DNA of 64,000 nucleotides, taken from NCBI GenBank assembly GCA_963722575.1, contig CAVRNR010000003.1, positions 461,766 through 525,765 on the forward strand, read 5' to 3'. Source of the stretch: Bryobacterales bacterium. Its GTDB lineage: Bacteria > Acidobacteriota > Terriglobia > Bryobacterales > Bryobacteraceae. A program made the translations under genes and the position numbers. Under the pieces are notes generated by a model. It was not told the origin of the DNA, ran no database searches, and was given only the letters and a program-made list of their open reading frames with translations. Shown here in pieces: positions 35,235 to 44,786 of this stretch (within the stretch, counting starts at the first letter, position 1; each line of letters begins with the position of its first letter).

Positions 35235-36344
35235 ATGACCCGAAGAGAATGGCTGGCTCTGGTAGCCGCCGCGCCCCTGCTGAAGGCGGCGCCCGCCGCA
35301 CCCGTTTGCATTGCGAGGTGCGCCTCCTATGACGAAGACGTCACCGCCGCGCTGGCGGCCCTGTTCAACCAGTTGGGCGGAATCGACGGCCTGGTGCGCA
35401 ACAAGACGGTCACCGTCAAGCTCAACATGACGGGCGACCCGGGGATCAGATTTCAGGGCCAGGCGCCCGGCGTGACGCACTACGTCCATCCCAAGCTGGT
35501 GGGCGCCACGGCTTACCTGCTGGGACGCGCCGGCGCGCGCCGCATCCGTTTTGTGGAAAGCCCCTGGGCCACTGCCGGGCCGCTCGAAGACGTGATGCTC
35601 GATTCGGGATGGAACGTGCGCTCCCTCGAATCGGCCGCGGCCGGCGTGGAATTCGAAAACACCAACGCGCAAGGCAAAAGCAAGGGCTACGCGCGCTTCA
35701 AGGTGCCGGGCAACCCTTACATGTTTCCGGCCTACGACCTCAACCGCGCCTACGCGGACACCGACGTCTTCGTCAGCCTGGCCAAGCTCAAGAACCACGC
35801 CACCTGCGGCGTGACGCTCTCGCTCAAGAACTGCTTCGGAATGGTGCCCGCCTCGATCTACGGCGACGACGCGGGCGGCGACGAGCCCAATGAGAAGCCC
35901 ACCACGGGCCGTGTGGCCGTGCTGCACGAAGGCAAGCGACAGCCAGCGAAATCCGCGCCGCCGGAGTTGCACCCCGATTCCAGCCGCGAACCCGGATACC
36001 GTGTTCCGCGCATTGTGGCGGACTTGGTGGCCGCGCGCCCCATACATCTGGCCATCATCGATGGCGTCGAATCCATCGCGGGCGGCGAAGGGCCGTGGAT
36101 CCGGGGTATCCGCGTCGTCAAGCCGGGCGTGCTGATGGCGGGTCTCAATCCGGTGTCGACCGATGCCGTGGCCGCCGCCGTCATGGGCTACAACCCGCGC
36201 GCCGTCCGCGGGACCGCACCCTTCCGCACCTGCGACAACACGCTGCTGCTGGCGGAAGCCCACGGCATAGGCACGACGGACCTCCAGCGCATCGACGTGC
36301 GGGGCCTTCCCATCGAGCAGGCTTTATACCGTTACGATACATAG
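35235..36344 (+). CDS. DUF362 domain protein with a twin-arginine signal (paralog 1)
   Basis: The start is the internal ATG of track ORF 34266..36344, at 35235. The product begins MTRREWLALVAAAPLLKAAPA. The core motifs VKLNMTG, LAKLKNHATCGVTLSLKNCFGMVP and IDGVESIAGGEGPW are as I recall for DUF362. Confidence 0.75.
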   Translation: MTRREWLALVAAAPLLKAAPAAPVCIARCASYDEDVTAALAALFNQLGGIDGLVRNKTVTVKLNMTGDPGIRFQGQAPGVTHYVHPKLVGATAYLLGRAGARRIRFVESPWATAGPLEDVMLDSGWNVRSLESAAAGVEFENTNAQGKSKGYARFKVPGNPYMFPAYDLNRAYADTDVFVSLAKLKNHATCGVTLSLKNCFGMVPASIYGDDAGGDEPNEKPTTGRVAVLHEGKRQPAKSAPPELHPDSSREPGYRVPRIVADLVAARPIHLAIIDGVESIAGGEGPWIRGIRVVKPGVLMAGLNPVSTDAVAAAVMGYNPRAVRGTAPFRTCDNTLLLAEAHGIGTTDLQRIDVRGLPIEQALYRYDT

Positions 36345-36347
36345 TAG

Positions 36348-37166
36348 ATGCCGACTCATAAACGGACCGGGCGGTCCTACCGCGTCTTCCGGCTGGAATC
36401 CTGGGAGGCGTTTCTCGAGCTGATTGTCAATCCGCCGTACTCGAACTGGGCATTTCGCGGCGAGCGCGACGAGCGCTGGCCGCTCTACAGCTCGCTCTCC
36501 CGTTATTTCCGGAATTTCGGCGTGGCGCGCGCCGCCTGGCCGGAACAGGAGGGCCGCATCCTGCGCATCTTCAAGCGCAAGGCGCACCAGTTTCTGGAGA
36601 AGCCGCCCGATCCCGACGACGATTTCCAGTGGCTGGCCCTCATGCAGCACCACGGAGCGCCCACGCGCCTGATCGATTTCACCTGGTCCCCGTATGTCGC
36701 GGCGTTCTTCGCCCTCGAGCGGACCCTGGCCGACGGCGTGGTATGGGCCATGAATCCCGGGCGCATCCACAGCCGCCGCGTCGCGGGGAAACCAGTGCGC
36801 ATGGACCCGCGCGACAAAGGGAACTTCAGCCGCTATTTTCTGAACGGCAAGCATCGCTTCATCTGGATGGGCGAACCCCACACCATGAACCGGCGGTTAA
36901 TCGCGCAATCCGGCACGTTCGCGGTTCCGGGCGTTCTCGACGTGCCCATCGAGGAGATTCTGAGCGACGCCGACCAGGAGAGCATTTTGGCGAAGTTCAT
37001 TTTGGCGAACGCCGTGCGCGAGGTGGGAATGCGCGAACTCTACCGTATGAACATCACCCACGCGACGCTCTTCCCCGACCTGGACGGCCTGGCCAAGTCC
37101 CTGGGGTATGAGCTGGAATTCCACTGGGCCTACAACCCGCGGACCATGGAACGGTACCACACCTAG
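36348..37166 (+). CDS. FRG-domain protein
   Basis: 272-aa ORF. WAFRGERDERWPLYSSLSRY (FRG motif) and LALMQHHGAPTRLIDFTWSPYVAAFFAL match the PF08867 pattern as I recall it. Confidence 0.75.
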   Translation: MPTHKRTGRSYRVFRLESWEAFLELIVNPPYSNWAFRGERDERWPLYSSLSRYFRNFGVARAAWPEQEGRILRIFKRKAHQFLEKPPDPDDDFQWLALMQHHGAPTRLIDFTWSPYVAAFFALERTLADGVVWAMNPGRIHSRRVAGKPVRMDPRDKGNFSRYFLNGKHRFIWMGEPHTMNRRLIAQSGTFAVPGVLDVPIEEILSDADQESILAKFILANAVREVGMRELYRMNITHATLFPDLDGLAKSLGYELEFHWAYNPRTMERYHT

Positions 37167-37196
37167 TATGGAGATATACTGAGCGAGAGGATACCA

Positions 37197-38393
37197 TTGC
37201 CCATGTCAGCTACACGCAGATCTTTCTTTGCCCGCGCGGCGGCGATTGCCACCGCCCAGGGGCTGGCCTTGAAAGGACAGCAGACCACGCCTCCGGCGGC
37301 TCCGGTGACGCACGCACCGGGGAAGCAGTACGACCCCCGCATGGGCACTGGCAATGCCGACAAGTATTTCAAGTACTTCGAAGGCCGCTCCAAAGTGTCC
37401 CTGATCAAGGGGGACAGCCGGCGCAAGAACATCTATGATGCCCTGGTTGCGATCGACGACCAGATCCGGCCCGCTCTCAAGGCCAAAAAGTACGTTTTCG
37501 TCAAGCTCAATGGTGTCGAAGCGGCTGGGAGGCTGCTCGGTTCCACCCAACCCGATGCCCTCAGCGGCATCCTCGACTACCTCACCCCACGCTTCAAAGG
37601 TCCCGTGTTCGTCGGAGATTCCGGGGATCTTCCGGGCCAGCAGGCCGTCAGTAAGTTCGGCTGGGACAAGGTCTTCGCCGATTACAAGTCCCTCAACTTG
37701 AAGTTTGAGATTACCAACGAAAATCAGAGCCACTACGGACTCCTGTACGGCATCGACTACGACTTGCATGTCATCCCCATCCGGCTGGGCGCTCGGTTCG
37801 TCGACCCCGATGCTTTCTTCATTTCCGCCGCGGTGTTGAAGACGCACAACATGGTGGTGGCCACCATGGCGGTCAAGAACATGGTCATGGGAGCGCCCCT
37901 GGCTCCGGCCCTGGGGGATAATAATTATGCCGATAGCGAGAAGCGCAAGTTTCACGTAGGCATCCGCTCGGGCAACTACAACATGTTCCTCGCCGCCCAG
38001 CGCATGCTTCCCACCAACTGGGGAGTCGGCGTCGTGGACGGCTACGAGGGCATGGAGGGCAACGGCCCCATGTCGGGCACCCCGGTGGGGCATCGCATCG
38101 CCCTGGCCTCCACCGATTTCCTGGCGGTTGATCGCGTGGGCCTGGCGTGCATGGAAATCGATGCCAGTTGGCTCGGCTATCTCAACTACGCCTACCAGAC
38201 CGGCCTGGGTCAATACGATCTGAACAAGATCGACGTGGTGGGCGCCAAGATCGCCGACGTGCAGAAGAAGTACCGGCTTCACGCCGACGTGGACCGCATG
38301 CTCGAGTGGCGCGGCCCCATGCAGGACCTGCCCTCGAACCTGGGCCGCAATGAAGAAAAAGGGGTCAGACGCATTTTCCTGGCCCGGCGATAA
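37197..38393 (+). CDS. DUF362 domain protein with a twin-arginine signal (paralog 2)
   Basis: 398-aa ORF with a TTG start at 37197 after GAGAGGA, or an ATG at 37203. The leader is SATRRSFFARAAAIATAQG. The core motifs VKLNGV, AVLKTHNMVVATMAVKNMVMG and VDGYEGMEGNGPM parallel paralog 1. The last ~12 codons are supplied by the REP hairpin at 38361-38407. Confidence 0.75.
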   Translation: MPMSATRRSFFARAAAIATAQGLALKGQQTTPPAAPVTHAPGKQYDPRMGTGNADKYFKYFEGRSKVSLIKGDSRRKNIYDALVAIDDQIRPALKAKKYVFVKLNGVEAAGRLLGSTQPDALSGILDYLTPRFKGPVFVGDSGDLPGQQAVSKFGWDKVFADYKSLNLKFEITNENQSHYGLLYGIDYDLHVIPIRLGARFVDPDAFFISAAVLKTHNMVVATMAVKNMVMGAPLAPALGDNNYADSEKRKFHVGIRSGNYNMFLAAQRMLPTNWGVGVVDGYEGMEGNGPMSGTPVGHRIALASTDFLAVDRVGLACMEIDASWLGYLNYAYQTGLGQYDLNKIDVVGAKIADVQKKYRLHADVDRMLEWRGPMQDLPSNLGRNEEKGVRRIFLARR

Positions 38394-38407
38394 ATGCGTC
38401 TGTCCCC
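38361..38407. repeat. REP family 2 copy (GGGGTCAGACGCATTT ... AAATGCGTCTGTCCCC), terminator-like
   Basis: Read directly from the sequence. The arms have 16 nt with one mismatch, flanked by an A-run and a T-run. The arm sequence is the same as at 9691-9733. The TAA stop of the upstream gene sits at the edge of the loop. Confidence 0.75.
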
Positions 38408-38430
38408 TTTTCCGGAGAGGTTGCTTTCCT

Positions 38431-39843
38431 ATGGCACAGGAGAATAATGTTTCCCGCCGCGATGTGTTGAAAGCCGCCGGGGCCGTAACCGCCGTCGCGG
38501 GATCCCCTTTCATCCAAAAAGCGATGGCCGCCAGCCAACAGGTGCGGTACGGCATGATCGGTTGCGGCAGCCGCGGCACCTACCTGCTGAAGCATCTGAA
38601 GAAGATCGCGAGCGGCCGCTGCGTGGCGCTGTGCGACATCCGGCAGGAAGCCCTCGACCATGGCGTCCAGACCATCGGCGGCAATCCGCAAACGTACAAA
38701 GACTACCGCGATCTGGTGGCGCGGAAGGATCTCGACGCGGTGTTCGTGATCGTGCCGCTGTTCGTGCACTTCCCGCTCACGCGCGATGCCCTGCTGGCGG
38801 GCAAACACGTGTTCTGTGAAAAGTGCCTGGTCTTCAAGCCGGAGGAAGTACACGCCCTGCGCGCGCTGGCCGGGGAACATCCCAAACAGATCCTACAAAC
38901 CGGCCTCCAGCGGCGCTACAGCTACTTCTATCAGGTGGTCAAGAACATGGTGGACAAGGGCATCCTCGGCAACGTCCACCACATCCACGCGCAGTGGCAT
39001 CGCAACATGATCAACAAGCCCAGCGCGTTGTGGACCATGAAGCCCGGCGGCGAGTCGAACATCCTCAACTGGCGGATCTACCGGTCCATGTCGGGTGGTC
39101 TGCCGGCCGAGCTGACCTCGCACCAGGTGGATATTGCCGATTGGATGTTCGGCTCTTCGCCGGACATGGTGATGGGCCTGGGCAGCCTGGACACCCTCAA
39201 GGACGGGCGCAACGTCTACGACAACGTCCAGTTGATCTACCGCTATCCCAAGGGCCAGAAGCTCACCTACTCTTCCATCAGCACCAATCAGTTCCTTCCG
39301 TTCTTCGACGGCGCGCGCCCCGAAATGGGCGAGATCATCATGGGCACGGATGGCGCCATCGAGATTACCGTGGGCGACGACGTGCACCCGGCCATCGCCT
39401 GGTGGTACCTGGAGCCGCCCAAAACCACCACCGTGACCGCCGCGGACTCAAAGAAGAAGGAAGCCTTCGTGGCCGGCGCCACCATGGTAGCGTCGGGAGG
39501 CGCCCGCGGTCCCATTCCCATCATGACCAGCGACCTGGATTTCACCCCCCATGCCAGCTTCCTGGCGCGCGAAGCCAAGTTCGCCCGGCGCTGGCTCACG
39601 GCCAAGGGCGTGCTGGTGCAGGAGGAACAGGACAACCCCGTCGATATCGAACTCGAAAGCTTCTTCCAGAGCTGCCGCGACCTGACCCCCCCGAAGGCGG
39701 GCCTGGAGATCGGCCTGCGGGATTCCGTGGCCGTGATTCTCTCCAACTTGGCCATGGACGAAGGCCGCCGCGTGTACTACAACGAGATCGACAAGATGGG
39801 CCGCGGCGAGGAGAAGGCGGGCAAGGGGCGGCAAACGGATTAG
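38431..39843 (+). CDS. Gfo/Idh/MocA-family NAD(P)-dependent oxidoreductase with a twin-arginine signal
   Basis: The start is the internal ATG at 38431 after GGAGAGG. The product begins MAQENNVSRRDVLKAAGAVTAVAGSPF, and the Rossmann segment is VRYGMIGCGSRGTYLL, followed by a typical Gfo/Idh/MocA C-terminal domain. Confidence 0.85.
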   Translation: MAQENNVSRRDVLKAAGAVTAVAGSPFIQKAMAASQQVRYGMIGCGSRGTYLLKHLKKIASGRCVALCDIRQEALDHGVQTIGGNPQTYKDYRDLVARKDLDAVFVIVPLFVHFPLTRDALLAGKHVFCEKCLVFKPEEVHALRALAGEHPKQILQTGLQRRYSYFYQVVKNMVDKGILGNVHHIHAQWHRNMINKPSALWTMKPGGESNILNWRIYRSMSGGLPAELTSHQVDIADWMFGSSPDMVMGLGSLDTLKDGRNVYDNVQLIYRYPKGQKLTYSSISTNQFLPFFDGARPEMGEIIMGTDGAIEITVGDDVHPAIAWWYLEPPKTTTVTAADSKKKEAFVAGATMVASGGARGPIPIMTSDLDFTPHASFLAREAKFARRWLTAKGVLVQEEQDNPVDIELESFFQSCRDLTPPKAGLEIGLRDSVAVILSNLAMDEGRRVYYNEIDKMGRGEEKAGKGRQTD

Positions 39844-39866
39844 CGGAGCCCCCAATTGCGGGTGCT

Positions 39867-40448
39867 TCACCGCCGGGATAGCTCGCGGCTCAGCCAGGCT
39901 TTAGCCAGCTTCCAGTCCCGCTTCACGCTCGGAGCGGAGATCTTCAGTGTCTCGGCGGTCTGCTCTACGCTCAAGCCGGCGAAAAAGCGCAGTTCCACCA
40001 CCCGCGCCTTACGCGGGTCCATTTCCTCCAGGGCATGGAGGGCATCATCCAGGGCGATCAGGTCCTCGCTGCTTTGCGGGGAGGCATCCACGGAGTCATC
40101 CAGGTAGACGTGCGGCAAGCGCCCGCCACGCTTGTCCGCGAGGTGCGCCCGGGCGGAATCCACCAGAATGCGCCGCATGATCTGCGCTGAGACGGCAAAG
40201 AAGTGCGTGCGATCCTGCCAGCGCACACCCTCGACATCCACCAATCGGAGATAGGCCTCGTTGACCAGTGCCGTGGTCTGGAGGGTTTGCCCCGGAAGCT
40301 GCTGGCGCATGTGCCGGTGGGCGATCTGGTGCAGTTCCGTGTAGACCAACGGCGTCAGTTGGTTGAGGGCCGCCTGGTCGCCATCGCCCCAGGCGCGCAG
40401 CAGCCGGGATATTTCCACCGAAGAGGACGGCACGGTATTCCAAATCAA
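39867..40448 (-). CDS. ECF-type RNA polymerase sigma factor (TIGR02999 / Sigma70_ECF, ECF43-like)
   Basis: 193-aa [40 protein letters not shown]...[15 protein letters not shown] is the hallmark N-terminus of this family, and the C-terminus carries a region 4 HTH. Confidence 0.9.
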   Translation of the reverse strand: MIWNTVPSSSVEISRLLRAWGDGDQAALNQLTPLVYTELHQIAHRHMRQQLPGQTLQTTALVNEAYLRLVDVEGVRWQDRTHFFAVSAQIMRRILVDSARAHLADKRGGRLPHVYLDDSVDASPQSSEDLIALDDALHALEEMDPRKARVVELRFFAGLSVEQTAETLKISAPSVKRDWKLAKAWLSRELSRR

Positions 40449-40506
40449 TTATACTTCCGGGCCTGATTTGAATTGCCGCGCGGTACAATTGCCTGCAGAG
40501 TACGCC

Positions 40507-43317
40507 ATGCGCCCGGATCGTTGGCGGCAGGTCGAGTCGCTCTACCACTCCGCTCTGGAGCGGGAGGCGCCCGCACGGGATGAGTTCCTGCGAGAGGCCT
40601 GCCGGGAAGACGAGGAACTGCGCTGCGAGGTCCGGTCTCTCCTCGACCAGACCGAAAGCGGTGTGCTCAATCGTCCTTTGCAGTTAGGCCCCTATCAGAT
40701 CGTTGGCGTCATCGGCGCGGGCGGCATGGGCACGGTCTACCAGGCCCGGGACACGCGCCTCGACCGCGTGGTCGCCATCAAAGTCTCCGAGGCGCGGTTC
40801 AACGCCCGGTTCGAGCGTGAAGCCCGCGCCGTGGCGGCGCTGAACCATCCGCACATTTGCACGCTCTACGACGTAGGGCCGAACTATCTGGTGATGGAGT
40901 ACGTGGAAGGCCGGCCCTTGCATGGTCCGATGCCGCTGGCGCAGGCGTTGCGTCTGGCCATCCAGGTGGCGGATGCGCTGGCTGCGGCGCATCGCAAGGG
41001 GATCGTACATCGGGACCTGAAACCCGGCAACGTGCTGGTGACCGAGTCGGGGGTGAAGGTGCTGGATTTCGGCCTGGCCAAGATGGAGGAACCTGCCTCG
41101 AGCGAGGAAGAACAGCCCCGCACCGCCAGGCCGCGCACGGAAGAGGGCACCATCGTAGGCACTACCGCCTACATGTCACCCGAGCAGGCAGAGGGCAAGC
41201 CGGTGGATGCGCGCAGCGACATTTTTTCGTTCGGCGCCGTGCTCTACGAAATGCTGACCGGGCGGCGCGCCTTTCGCGGCGATACCAAGCTTTCGATTCT
41301 CTCCGCCATCCTGAAGGAAGGGCCGGAACCGGCAAGCTCGGTGCGCAAAGAGATCCCGCAGGAGCTGGAAAGGATCATCACGCGATGCCTGCGCAAGAAC
41401 CCCGAGCGGCGCTTCCAGCACATGGATGACCTTAAGGTCGCGCTGGAAGAAGTGAAGGAGGAATCGGATTCGGGCGCGGCGGCGCTGAAAGCGGCGGCGC
41501 CGCCGCGCCGGCGCTGGGTTTGGGCAGCCCTGCTGCCAGTGCTGCTGGTTGCCGGTTTTTTCGCGTGGCGGATGTGGTGGCCACCGCAGCCGGAGGAGCC
41601 GCTTCGGGCGGTGGAGCTGGTCACCGTACCCGGTGTCAAGAGTTATCCTTCGTTTTCTCCCGACGGCGACCACGTAGCATTCGCGTGGAATGGCCCCAAG
41701 CAGGATAACTTCGACATCTACGTGCAACAGATCGGCGCCGGCCCGCCCTTGCGGCTGACCACCGACTCCAGCATCGATTACGATCCGGCATGGTCGCCCG
41801 ACGGCCGCTGGATTGCCTTCCTCCGCAGCGAACCGTCGTCGCTGGTATCGCTTCGCGGAGCACCAGTACTCGAAACCGGGAGAAGCGAATTGCGGTTGAT
41901 CCCCCCTCTGGGCGGGCCGGAACGCAGACTGGCCGAGATCCGGCTGGGTGAGAGCTACTGGAATCAGACGTTCCTTGCCTGGTGTCCCGGCAGCGACTGT
42001 GTGGTGGTGACGGATTCCCTGGGCGAGGGGAAGCCCGAGGCTTTGTTCGTGGTTTCACTCGAGACCGGAGAGAAGAGGCAGCTAACCAATCCCCCGCCCC
42101 ACGTGTCCGGCGATGTCAACCCGGAGGTCTCGCCCGACGGCCGTTGGTTGGTTTTTAAGCGCGTCATTTCGTTCCCCGGTCATGAGCTTTACCTGCTTCC
42201 CCTGGGGAAAGGTCTGGCGCCCAGCGGCGAACCCAGGCGCCTCGCGCTGAAGGTCGGTTACCTGATGTGGTACGCCGGTTCCCTGACGTGGATGCCCGAC
42301 GGCAAGGAGATTCTCTATTCAAGCGGGAGAAGCCTATGGAGGGCGGCAATTCCGGGCGGTTCCCCGCCGGCGCGCCTCCCCTTCGTGGGCGACGACGGGA
42401 TAATGCCTGCGGTATCGCGCCCGCAGCCCGGCAGACCGTCCCGGCTGGTCTTTGTTCGCTACATGGAAATCGGGAGCATCTGGCGCATCTCGACCTCCGC
42501 CCCCGGCGCTCCGGCGTCTTCTCCTTCCGTCCCTGCCATTGCCTCCACGCGGGTGGACGGGGCCCCCCAATTCTCCCCCGACGGCCGCCGCGTCGCTTTT
42601 GAGTCCGATCGCTCCGGACCAGCCGAGGTCTGGCTCGCCGATCCCGACGGCTCGAACGCCGTCCAGCTCACCTCAATGGCTGCCACAGCGGGATCCCGCA
42701 GAACAGGCACTCCCCGCTGGTCGCCCGACGGCCAACTGATTGCGTTCGATGCCAATCTAGAAGGCCACTACCAGATTCATGTGATCCCCGCCGCGGGCGG
42801 CAAGCCGCACCGCCTCACCTCCGATCCGGCCGACAACCACGTCCCCAGCTTCTCGCGCGACGGCAAGTGGATCTACTTCAGCTCCAATCGAACCGGAGAG
42901 TATCAGATCTGGAAGGTCCCCGCGGCTGGTGGGGAGCCAGTGCAGGTCACCACCAACATTGGGTTCCAAGCCTTCGAGTCGCCGGACGGCGCCTACGTCT
43001 ATTACACGCAGACGGCGGGCGCGCCGAGTGCCTTGTGGCGCCTTCCGGCTTCCGGCGGCCAACCTGTCAAGGTGCTGGACGGGGTCATTCAGCGTGCGTT
43101 CACGGTGCTCGAAAAGGGCATTTACTATATCGATCAACCTGCGGGCGATGCACGGCTCCAGTTCTACGATTTCGCCACTGGCAGGTCCACCACCGTGGCT
43201 CGAAATCTCGGCGACGTCCGGCTCGGCCTCACAGCCTCTCGCGACGGCCGCACAATCCTCTATTTCAGGGCGGAACCCTCCGTCAACGACCTGATGCTGG
43301 TGGAGAACTTCCGCTGA
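40507..43317 (+). CDS. Ser/Thr protein kinase with a TM segment and a C-terminal TolB-like (PD40/WD40-like) beta-propeller
   Basis: The start is the ATG at 40507, internal to track ORF 40363..43317. The N-terminus is [18 protein letters not shown]. Kinase motifs are [29 protein letters not shown] and YMSPEQ. The TM segment is [18 protein letters not shown]. Repeated SPDG+W modules follow ([60 protein letters not shown]). Confidence 0.9.
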   Translation: MRPDRWRQVESLYHSALEREAPARDEFLREACREDEELRCEVRSLLDQTESGVLNRPLQLGPYQIVGVIGAGGMGTVYQARDTRLDRVVAIKVSEARFNARFEREARAVAALNHPHICTLYDVGPNYLVMEYVEGRPLHGPMPLAQALRLAIQVADALAAAHRKGIVHRDLKPGNVLVTESGVKVLDFGLAKMEEPASSEEEQPRTARPRTEEGTIVGTTAYMSPEQAEGKPVDARSDIFSFGAVLYEMLTGRRAFRGDTKLSILSAILKEGPEPASSVRKEIPQELERIITRCLRKNPERRFQHMDDLKVALEEVKEESDSGAAALKAAAPPRRRWVWAALLPVLLVAGFFAWRMWWPPQPEEPLRAVELVTVPGVKSYPSFSPDGDHVAFAWNGPKQDNFDIYVQQIGAGPPLRLTTDSSIDYDPAWSPDGRWIAFLRSEPSSLVSLRGAPVLETGRSELRLIPPLGGPERRLAEIRLGESYWNQTFLAWCPGSDCVVVTDSLGEGKPEALFVVSLETGEKRQLTNPPPHVSGDVNPEVSPDGRWLVFKRVISFPGHELYLLPLGKGLAPSGEPRRLALKVGYLMWYAGSLTWMPDGKEILYSSGRSLWRAAIPGGSPPARLPFVGDDGIMPAVSRPQPGRPSRLVFVRYMEIGSIWRISTSAPGAPASSPSVPAIASTRVDGAPQFSPDGRRVAFESDRSGPAEVWLADPDGSNAVQLTSMAATAGSRRTGTPRWSPDGQLIAFDANLEGHYQIHVIPAAGGKPHRLTSDPADNHVPSFSRDGKWIYFSSNRTGEYQIWKVPAAGGEPVQVTTNIGFQAFESPDGAYVYYTQTAGAPSALWRLPASGGQPVKVLDGVIQRAFTVLEKGIYYIDQPAGDARLQFYDFATGRSTTVARNLGDVRLGLTASRDGRTILYFRAEPSVNDLMLVENFR

Positions 43318-43320
43318 GGC

Positions 43321-44511
43321 TTACTGCCGCACGAAGCCGTGATACGCGCCGTTGTTGTCCACGTAATATCCGACGATGCTGCCCGCCGGGTTGTTGGTCA
43401 TGGGGAAGGTGCCCTGACCGCTGCCCGTGCCCGCGCCCGGAGCGTCGAAGAAAGTGTACGTGCCGTCTACCGCGCGCACGTAACCGTGGGACACATTGTT
43501 CGCGTCCGTGTAATAACCCTCAATTACGCCTGATGGGTTGATGCCCTCGGCCTGGGTACCTTGGCCGGCGCCCGTGCCCGCGCCCTTAATGTCGTATATG
43601 GTGATCTTGCCGTCGGCCGTGCGCAGCAAGCCGTGATAGACACCGTTGTTATCCTGGGAGGCCCCTGCGGTTGTCCCCGCCGGGTTGATGGCCCAGGTGT
43701 AAGTCCCCTGGCCGGATCCCGTGCCCGCGCCCGGAGCGTCGAATGTGGTGATCGTACCGTCGGGATTGCGCAGGTAGCCGTGAATCGCACCGTTCTGGTC
43801 ATAGTAACCTCCCGTCATCGCGCCAGCCGGGTTGACGCACTGGGCCCAGAAAGTCGTCGTTCCCAGGCCAGGGCCGGTGGCAGCGGCTGGGACATCGAAC
43901 TCGGTGACGGTGCCGTTCGAAGCGCGCAGGAAGCCGTGATTCATACCGGTCGAGTCAACGTAGCCACCCGCAATCACTTCCCCCGACATGCTCATGTTCC
44001 CGGCAAAGGTGCCCTGGCCGTTGCCAGTGCCAGCGTGCGGAACGTCGAACACAGTGAGTGTGCCGTCGGCAGCTCGCAAGTAGCCGTGGGCCACATTGCG
44101 CGAGTCAATGAAGTATCCCGCGACCAGCCCGCACGCGTCGCCGGCAACGGCGTAGGTGCCCGGATTGTTCCCCGGCAAGGGGATTGCCCCGGCTCCGGTG
44201 CCCGCGCCCGGGGCGTCCAAGGTTGTAATCGTGCCGTCGGTAGCGCGCACGTAGGCGTGTATCGAATTGCTATAGCCTGCGTAGAACCCCGCGACTTGCC
44301 CCGTCGGGCAGATAGCGATGGCCTCCGTGCCATAGCCGCTGATCGTGCCTGCGTGCGGAGCGTCGATGGTGGTGATGGTGGGCTGTTGGGCGATGGCAGA
44401 GATGCCCAACATCAGCATGCACATGGCCGGGGCAAGTATCCCCCATGCCATGCAGTTTCTCAGGTCTTTGAGACCCGCAGTGAACCGCATCAAGCTTTTT
44501 CGCGTTTTCAT
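43321..44511 (-). CDS. Secreted 7-repeat protein (about 46-52-aa units ending H[AG][YFL][VL]R; HAF-repeat-like beta-propeller candidate)
   Basis: 396-aa ORF with a signal/TM segment (AWGILAPAMCMLMLGISAIAQQ). There are seven repeats of the pattern DGT.T.FD.PGAGTG.GQGT....IN..G...GYY.D.....HG[YF][VL]R. Confidence 0.7.
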   Translation of the reverse strand: MKTRKSLMRFTAGLKDLRNCMAWGILAPAMCMLMLGISAIAQQPTITTIDAPHAGTISGYGTEAIAICPTGQVAGFYAGYSNSIHAYVRATDGTITTLDAPGAGTGAGAIPLPGNNPGTYAVAGDACGLVAGYFIDSRNVAHGYLRAADGTLTVFDVPHAGTGNGQGTFAGNMSMSGEVIAGGYVDSTGMNHGFLRASNGTVTEFDVPAAATGPGLGTTTFWAQCVNPAGAMTGGYYDQNGAIHGYLRNPDGTITTFDAPGAGTGSGQGTYTWAINPAGTTAGASQDNNGVYHGLLRTADGKITIYDIKGAGTGAGQGTQAEGINPSGVIEGYYTDANNVSHGYVRAVDGTYTFFDAPGAGTGSGQGTFPMTNNPAGSIVGYYVDNNGAYHGFVRQ

Positions 44512-44786
44512 GGTTTTCTCCTTTCGGGAGGCAGACAGCCGTCAGCGCCGCCGTTCCTGCCTGGCCTGCGATGATCATCGTCTCCTCCCTCACAGGGCTA
44601 ACCGGAAAATCCAGGCAGGAAGGATAATCGATTTGAGTTTTTTTGAATGTAATCGGCGCGCAATGTCCACTTGCCTCGCGCGGTGACATACTCCGGCCGC
44701 GGGGCGCGCGGCGCCGGGGGCACGGTGTAGGGGCCGGGCGGCCCAGAGGGCACGCCGCGGCCCGAAGCGATCAGACGGTTGCGGTA

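Noticed and set aside
36422-36436. The 15-mer GATTGTCAATCCGCC is shared with 51060-51074.
   Set aside because: One copy lies inside the FRG coding sequence and the other in an intergenic hairpin. A single 15-nt match is about what chance predicts for a 64-kb window on both strands.
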